From an uncultured virus (IMG/VR IMGVR_UViG_3300025687_000023) (taxonomy: Duplodnaviria; Heunggongvirae; Uroviricota; Caudoviricetes), in the IMG/VR virus record IMGVR_UViG_3300025687_000023: 20,000 nucleotides of DNA. One strand, 5' to 3'. Positions 14,511 to 20,000 of the stretch are shown here, in pieces; positions within the stretch are counted from its first letter, which is position 1, and each line of letters opens with the position of its first letter. The notes under the pieces were generated by a model, which searched no databases, was not told the origin of the DNA, and saw only the letters and a program-made list of their open reading frames with translations. Made by a program: the position numbers and the translations under genes.

Positions 14511-15633
14511 AGAAGTCGATAAAATATTTGAAAACTGGAGAAGAACAACTTATTCTCTACCACCAATCTCAAACCATTTCGCAGAAAAACAACAATTGAA
14601 TGAAAATTGGAGAGATAAATTATTTCAATTAATGACAGCAGCTGGCATTTTCTTAGGAACAGCTGTCACTTGGGATTATTTAAAAGACTTAGAAAGAGAA
14701 AGTAAGGAAAGAATTGAACAACAAGATCAAGTTGATTTGGACAGTATGGACGAGGCACAGAAGTATCATTATCTTCTAAAAAAAGAAATAGAAAAAGAAA
14801 TTAAAAATAATCCCAATTTGTCAAAAACTTTTACTGATCCTAAGAGTGAAATGTACTCTGTATTTAAAGATGGAATCCATAAAGGACAAATAGATGGTGT
14901 AGCTGTAATGCATAAATATGCTAAGAAATATAGTGAAGATTTAAATATAACAGATAATGGAAATTATGTTTATATAGAACCTGGTGCTATTGATTCTGAT
15001 GATGTTTTACCCATGATGGGAATAACAGCAGGTCAATATAGACAGGTTTTATCTTCCGACAAAAACTTTATGGAACTAATAAGAGTAGCAATGGGCAATC
15101 CAGATAGTTGGGTTTATGGAAAAGACCCTGCAAGACAGTTTGCTACGATTGAATATGAAGGACAATACAAAAATGTTCTTCCATTAGATTGGTCGATTGC
15201 AATGGAAATGGCAACAGCTAAAGGGCAACAATTTATGGAAGAAGTAGCAAGCACAGCTTATGTTGAGATAGAAGGAAAAAGATATTTGGCTCCAAATGTA
15301 TTTAAAGAAATAAAAAATAAATATGGAATTTACAATGACTCAGATTATCAAAAAGCTATGTGGACCTTAAATGACTTTGTAAAAACTGACACACACTCAG
15401 TTTGGGATTTAATAGAAGATTTTGCTGGTGTTGATAGAACATCTCCCAATTATCATCCTGGAGAATTAAGAGGTTTTGAAGTCACTCCTGAAGAACTACC
15501 AGCGAGAAGCAGTTTAGATACTGACCAAGACACTCCTATCTTGAAAGGGGTTAACAAATGGGATCAACAAACAGAATTAAAAGAAAGCACAAAGAAACGG
15601 AGAAAAGTATGCATAAAAATTTTAAAATCATGA
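14500..15633 (+). CDS. hypothetical protein with duplicated ENWR leader and one hydrophobic segment
   Basis: AGGAG RBS at 14487-14491; IFENWRR and LNENWRD; hydrophobic LFQLMTAAGIFLGTAVTW; basic C-terminal tail. Confidence 0.8.
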   Translation: MSYKEVDKIFENWRRTTYSLPPISNHFAEKQQLNENWRDKLFQLMTAAGIFLGTAVTWDYLKDLERESKERIEQQDQVDLDSMDEAQKYHYLLKKEIEKEIKNNPNLSKTFTDPKSEMYSVFKDGIHKGQIDGVAVMHKYAKKYSEDLNITDNGNYVYIEPGAIDSDDVLPMMGITAGQYRQVLSSDKNFMELIRVAMGNPDSWVYGKDPARQFATIEYEGQYKNVLPLDWSIAMEMATAKGQQFMEEVASTAYVEIEGKRYLAPNVFKEIKNKYGIYNDSDYQKAMWTLNDFVKTDTHSVWDLIEDFAGVDRTSPNYHPGELRGFEVTPEELPARSSLDTDQDTPILKGVNKWDQQTELKESTKKRRKVCIKILKS

Positions 15634-15743
15634 TTTTCACACTTATGTCTCTTGAACTAGAGAGCGATAATCAAAGATGGTTCAACTCTTTTGGAAGGTG
15701 GTATCCAACAGAAATTGGACTCCCAACAAAGCCAAAAAGATGA
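15630..15743 (+). CDS. 37-aa hypothetical peptide, translationally coupled at both ends
   Basis: ATGA overlap with the upstream stop (15631-15633) and with the downstream ATG 15740; MIFTLMSLELESDNQRWFNSFGRWYPTEIGLPTKPKR. Confidence 0.5.
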   Translation: MIFTLMSLELESDNQRWFNSFGRWYPTEIGLPTKPKR

Positions 15744-16006
15744 AAGATAAACAACCAATAACAAAGCCTCTCTTCTCTATCGGTGATCTGGTAAAGGTGA
15801 GAGGTTTTGGTCTTGTTTTAGCACCTTATGAAATTGAAATAGGAATAATTAGTAAAGGTCCATATTCATTTAAATCTCTTGAATCTTATCATGAATTAGT
15901 TTATTTTGAGTGGTGGTGTTATGATATAATCATCGGCAACTCACTAGTTACAATGATGCCGGAGAACTTTTTATTAAAGGTACTAAGAAATGAATCAATT
16001 AATTAA
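15740..16006 (+). CDS. small KOW/SH3-like hypothetical protein
   Basis: FSIGDLVKVR...GII...WCYDIII...PENFL pattern; start chosen from the ATGA overlap (15677 is the alternative). Confidence 0.6.
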   Translation: MKDKQPITKPLFSIGDLVKVRGFGLVLAPYEIEIGIISKGPYSFKSLESYHELVYFEWWCYDIIIGNSLVTMMPENFLLKVLRNESIN

Positions 16007-17645
16007 ACAAATAATATTTGAAACTATATCTCTCTTAAGAGAAGAAAAAGGATATTCAAAAGAAGAACTAGAAAAAGCAAGAATTGCAATTGGTCTTTTA
16101 ATTGATTCAACATTAACAAAACCAACATTAGATGTAAACACATTCATTGACCCTAATGATGAAGTGATGAAAGATAACTACGAATGGTTCAGGGACAACC
16201 CAAGTGAATATATTCAAGCATATTCGGATTCAGAAGATGATGATTTCGAAAACATCGCTACTAGTTATGGACCAATAAGAGATCCAAAAGAAACTAGTTT
16301 ACTTTATTACCTTTATAGAGGAGTTTACTTTCAAAACGGAAAATGGCATATTGGTAAAGGTGAAAATATTGAAGAAGTTATTAGAGAAATTAGAGCAAGA
16401 GCTAGCGCATTTGTAGATGCAATTTCAGAAAATCAATTATTAATAGATGTTTTCTTTTCTGATTGGAAAAAAGTTAATGATGAAATCAACAAATACGTTA
16501 ACATTATTTCTAGACCAACACAAATATCTAGCTTGATGTCTAAAGAATCACCAGGAGAATTTAAAAAATTAGAGTTTGGTAAATTTAGAAAAGGAGCCAT
16601 GTATTCAGATACTACAACCAGAGGGATTATCGGAACAAGGGATCATATGTATAAAGGTTCAAAAGAACTTGATAATATACCTAAAGAACATAGGCGTTAT
16701 TTTTTATTTGATTTTATATGGCTTACATGTTACAATTTTGCTCAAACAGATGGTTTAAAAGCATCAGATAAAAAAGTAGAAATCCTATCAGAAAAAGAAT
16801 TTTCTACAAACTATCAAAATGGCTTAACTTCTAAGGAAAGTGATGAGATGTTTGGAACAGGTTGGATGGTAGACCAGATGAAAAAATCTCCAAATTTTAA
16901 GAAATCGTTAGGTTTTATTATCAGTCCCTTATATAAAGCTTTGATAAATAAAGACAGAAAGATAGATCCTTTTACCAAACCTGTATCGCAAATGTCCTCT
17001 GTAGAGATAGTTTCTGAATTGGAGCCAGAGTTTACAGATATTTTAAGATCTACCAAACAAGCCTTAATAATGGAAGCTTATCCTTCTTTATTTATTGATC
17101 TTTTGAGAATAAAAGAATTGATACCAAAAGATCTAATAGAACAAAAGAAAACGATGTATAATAAAATTATAAAAGCAATGAAATTGTCAGGCTACTTAGA
17201 TGAAAATGAAAACTTTACTGATATGGTTGAAGATAAAGAATTCAAACCAAAACAAACTACCTATGATAATCTTGCTGATTTTGAATCAGCTGTCACTACA
17301 GTTGCTAGAGAACAATCTCAAGGAAGAGTTAGTACTATTGCCCGAGACAAACTAGAAGATAAATTTAACCTGCTAAAGTCTGAGGAAATAAGTAAAGCTT
17401 TAGAAATATTACAAAAACATAAAGTAAATATCAACACTATCAAAGACAACACAATAGATATAAGTTCAAAAATTGTGAATGAGTTGGATGACCTAATGCA
17501 TTCTATTTTGATCGACCAGACAAATGGTAAAAATGATGAAACAAAAAGAAGTAAAGTGGTTGAACTATATAATCAAGCCAACGAAACAGAAAAACAAGAA
17601 ATTATGAAGTTAATAAAGTATTGGAAAAACAGAGGTGTCGTTTGA
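15990..17645 (+). CDS. large hypothetical protein with LIKQIIFE..LLREE leader
   Basis: 551-aa ORF overlapping both neighbours; no catalytic motif recognised. Confidence 0.8.
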   Translation: MNQLIKQIIFETISLLREEKGYSKEELEKARIAIGLLIDSTLTKPTLDVNTFIDPNDEVMKDNYEWFRDNPSEYIQAYSDSEDDDFENIATSYGPIRDPKETSLLYYLYRGVYFQNGKWHIGKGENIEEVIREIRARASAFVDAISENQLLIDVFFSDWKKVNDEINKYVNIISRPTQISSLMSKESPGEFKKLEFGKFRKGAMYSDTTTRGIIGTRDHMYKGSKELDNIPKEHRRYFLFDFIWLTCYNFAQTDGLKASDKKVEILSEKEFSTNYQNGLTSKESDEMFGTGWMVDQMKKSPNFKKSLGFIISPLYKALINKDRKIDPFTKPVSQMSSVEIVSELEPEFTDILRSTKQALIMEAYPSLFIDLLRIKELIPKDLIEQKKTMYNKIIKAMKLSGYLDENENFTDMVEDKEFKPKQTTYDNLADFESAVTTVAREQSQGRVSTIARDKLEDKFNLLKSEEISKALEILQKHKVNINTIKDNTIDISSKIVNELDDLMHSILIDQTNGKNDETKRSKVVELYNQANETEKQEIMKLIKYWKNRGVV

Positions 17646-18457
17646 ATGATTTCTATTTTGATGAATTGGTTCTTGGTGGTTCTCTAACGGCTTTATTGTA
17701 TGCTTATAAAAAGAACCTTCCAATTCTTATTGATATCGCTCATGTTCCTTTCGTCCTTGAAGAAGTTCCACGCAATTGGGATCTCTCCTTTATTGGATTT
17801 AAAAGAGGCGGAGAACACAAGAAGTCGCAAGTATGGGATCGTGTTTCCTTTCTCTTAGCAATGGCTGGCTTAGTTCTTTTCCCAAATAATATTCAGTCGT
17901 TTAGAATGGAAGAAGACCACATCAACATAATTGGTCTCGACAATAAGCGAATGAAAGTTCATTATAACAAACTCATAGAGTTCGACAGAGACACCAAAGA
18001 CTATCTTATGGTTTATGATTGGTTTGCGGTATCCTCGGGTTCTCGACATGATTGGGAAGTTATCCCAAATCCCGAAGAAGATCTCTGTCATCTATTATTA
18101 TTTCACAGATCAACAAGACCTCGCACAAGGTCAGATGTAAAGGACGTTTGCGCGGTCTCTAAGGTGCCTAGAAGCGAGTTAAAAGACTTAGAGTGGTCTG
18201 AGGTCTACACGAGAATTAAGACGCTTAAAATGATGAAAGAAGTGGGAATAAGAGGTACTGCTAATGGTTATGATAAGAAAGGAAGAACACTTCATTATGC
18301 TATAGCAATTGAGCATATGTATCGTGAAGTCTTTGAGGAAGTAAACAATAAAACACAAGTAGAGGAGATCTTATCTTGGGAGGATAAGAAAGGAACAAAC
18401 TTATGGAATTTGACACAAAAACTACTAATGGCTCATCTTACCACCTCGCCGGAATAG
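17642..18457 (+). CDS. hypothetical protein with N-terminal Rossmann/FAD-binding-like motif
   Basis: TTG start overlapping the upstream TGA, with GAGGT RBS; DELVLGGSLTALLYA..K..PILID resembles the beta-alpha-beta dinucleotide-binding start. Confidence 0.6.
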   Translation: MNDFYFDELVLGGSLTALLYAYKKNLPILIDIAHVPFVLEEVPRNWDLSFIGFKRGGEHKKSQVWDRVSFLLAMAGLVLFPNNIQSFRMEEDHINIIGLDNKRMKVHYNKLIEFDRDTKDYLMVYDWFAVSSGSRHDWEVIPNPEEDLCHLLLFHRSTRPRTRSDVKDVCAVSKVPRSELKDLEWSEVYTRIKTLKMMKEVGIRGTANGYDKKGRTLHYAIAIEHMYREVFEEVNNKTQVEEILSWEDKKGTNLWNLTQKLLMAHLTTSPE

Positions 18458-19311
18458 TTCCATGCGGAGGTCAACCTCTTGACTTTGGAATGGAATGGCC
18501 TGACTTTATGATGCCTATTGCTCCCAACTATACAATGATTGAAGCTGCAATAATGGAATGTGCTTGGGCTGGCTGTGAGACCATTTGGGTTTGTCTTTAT
18601 GAGGACACCGCACCATTGGTAAGACATCGCATCGGAGACTTTGTTCAAGACCCTGTGTGGGCGTGGAGGACAATGGACCCACAACCAACAGCAAGACAAA
18701 AAAGAATCCCTATCTTTTATGTTCCAGTTCATCCAAAGAATAGATTCAGAAGGGATTGTTTAGCTTGGTCTGTTATTGAAGGAGCTCTCTCAGCTTTTAG
18801 GGTTTCAGCCACAGTTTCAAAATGGATTTATCCAAATAAATATTGGGTTTCGTTTCCCTATGGTTATTTCAATCCTCAGCTATTAAGAGAGCACCGTCCA
18901 AAAATTTCCTCCCAAGAGAATTTCTACATCACGCATCAGGGTAAAACCACGGAACAAAACTTGCATACCTCGTTTTCATTTGGCAAAGATGAGTTTATCC
19001 GTTTCCGCAGACAGATCCGCAAAGGAACTAAAATGTTTGCCAACGAAGTAGATGCAGATGGAATACCAAGAACCAAACTACCACTAGAAGAAAGATATTC
19101 AGCACGTTGGTTTGACCTACAAGATGTATTTATTGAACTAGACAATACAAAAGCCAATTCATTAGAAGTTGAACATTTTTACGATATATCAACTTGGGAT
19201 AAATATAGAAACTATTTATCTTCAGAACTAGCTCAAGAAACCCAGCGACCACCGGAATGGTTAATGAAAGCTAAAGAATTTGGATCAATTGCACTTGACA
19301 GATCAGATTAG
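18403..19311 (+). CDS. divergent sugar-phosphate nucleotidyltransferase-like (GT-A fold) protein
   Basis: AGIVPCGG....PDFMMPI...TMIEAAI.EC..AGCETIWV at the N-terminus and FYDISTWDKY at the C-terminus mirror the NTP_transferase ends; the GxGxR and PK residues are missing. Confidence 0.65.
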   Translation: MEFDTKTTNGSSYHLAGIVPCGGQPLDFGMEWPDFMMPIAPNYTMIEAAIMECAWAGCETIWVCLYEDTAPLVRHRIGDFVQDPVWAWRTMDPQPTARQKRIPIFYVPVHPKNRFRRDCLAWSVIEGALSAFRVSATVSKWIYPNKYWVSFPYGYFNPQLLREHRPKISSQENFYITHQGKTTEQNLHTSFSFGKDEFIRFRRQIRKGTKMFANEVDADGIPRTKLPLEERYSARWFDLQDVFIELDNTKANSLEVEHFYDISTWDKYRNYLSSELAQETQRPPEWLMKAKEFGSIALDRSD

Positions 19312-19323
19312 GTATGTTATAAT
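19295..19323 (+). promoter_or_regulatory. sigma70-type promoter P8
   Basis: TTGACA 19295-19300, 17 bp ending TGT, TATAAT 19318-19323. Confidence 0.8.
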
Positions 19324-19933
19324 GAATTTAGAGATAAAAAGAAAAAGGTACAAAAAACATATTATGGAATTAAAATTTTTAAGATCAGAATTATCATATC
19401 AAGAAGAAGTTTTGGCAACAGCTCATCAAGACTTTGAGATTTGGTATAGACAATGGTGCCAAGACAATGGAGTAAATTTGTCAGAATTAAATCAAAAACA
19501 CGAAACTCGAGTTTCAAAAATTTTATCGCAGCCAAATTTTCCAGATTTGAAAAACAATGAACAAGGCTTAGTTCCTTTGAGTGTAGAGAAGAAAGAAGAA
19601 AAGAAGAAATTTCATCAGTTGTTCAAACAAGTTGCGATGGCAACTCATCCAGATAAGCATGAAGGAACCACACTAGATTTTAAAGCAGCTTCAGCTGCTT
19701 ATCAACAAGGCGATTGGGCAATGTTACTGCAAATTGCTGAGGAGTACCAAATAATACCTCAAGATTTAAGTGAGGTCTTGCCCGTTATGAAAGAGGAAGC
19801 TAATAGATTAAGAAAAACTATCGAAAATAACAAAACAATGTATTCTTGGAAGTTTCAAGAGTGCGAAACAGAACAATGCAAGGAAAACCTTGTTAAACAA
19901 TTTTTAAAACATTTATTTAAAGTGGAGTTATAA
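19322..19933 (+). CDS. J-domain (DnaJ-like) protein with internal J-domain
   Basis: KFHQLFKQVAMATHPDK.....DFKAASAAY contains the HPD motif. Start uncertain (19322 or 19364), because 19322 overlaps the P8 -10 box. Confidence 0.8.
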   Translation: MNLEIKRKRYKKHIMELKFLRSELSYQEEVLATAHQDFEIWYRQWCQDNGVNLSELNQKHETRVSKILSQPNFPDLKNNEQGLVPLSVEKKEEKKKFHQLFKQVAMATHPDKHEGTTLDFKAASAAYQQGDWAMLLQIAEEYQIIPQDLSEVLPVMKEEANRLRKTIENNKTMYSWKFQECETEQCKENLVKQFLKHLFKVEL

Positions 19934-20000
19934 TGTTATTATCATTATTATTATGGGCGTGTGATTCCGATGTGTCCATTATCAAAAGAATAGAAGAAAC
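19933..20000 (+). CDS. lipoprotein-like protein, N-terminus (runs off window)
   Basis: TAATG overlap with the upstream stop, GGAG RBS; MLLSLLLWA-CDSDVSIIKRIEE lipobox. Confidence 0.65.
   Translation, partial: MLLSLLLWACDSDVSIIKRIEE

Noticed and set aside
1642..16758. Alternative-frame + strand ORFs (1642-2013, 7938-8366, 9654-9860, 13645-14184, 16576-16758)
   Set aside because: They are nested in or across established genes in another frame, with no convincing RBS or domain.
18410..18438. Intragenic TTGACA hexamers (also at 1260) as promoters
   Set aside because: No acceptable -10 box at 16-18 bp spacing.
476..19157. All other minus-strand ORFs in the track (e.g. 476-871, 801-1022, 4371-4634, 10702-10941, 11131-11469, 12580-12819, 18433-18732)
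   Set aside because: They lie opposite well-supported + strand genes or promoters, have Phe/Leu/Ser-rich shadow composition and show no recognisable motifs.
1..20000. Stop-codon reassignment or tRNA genes
   Set aside because: TAA, TAG and TGA all end genes at sensible positions and conserved genes are uninterrupted. No cloverleaf with a T-loop consensus was seen in the intergenic gaps.

Overview
An AT-rich segment of a large dsDNA tailed phage, with every credible gene on the + strand and standard genetic code 11. It holds a T4-like replication and nucleotide module: gp32-like SSB, RecA/UvsX, a 5'-3' exonuclease, a DnaB-like helicase, class II ribonucleotide reductase and ThyX. It also carries stress and chaperone genes (PspA/IM30 fragment, GroES-like, J-domain), a GHKL ATPase, a free-standing HNH endonuclease and two lipoprotein-like genes. 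Eight near-consensus sigma70 promoters are present (TTGACA-N16/17-TATAAT/TATATT/TATACT, seven with TGT before the -10). Three things stand out. (1) A dense layer of intergenic RNA structure: hairpins carrying anti-Shine-Dalgarno or anti-start sequences complementary to the phage's own leaders, two H-type pseudoknots, and an ORF-less promoter-driven small RNA next to an Sm/SH3-fold (WYL_2-like) gene. (2) Five unrelated cargo proteins sharing an N-terminal [IL]-x-E leader, two of them preceded by an (A)CTATTTA motif. (3) An HNH gene whose RBS is buried in a long hairpin with the same motif in its loop. All family assignments come from recognising motifs by eye; no searches or folding programs were run.
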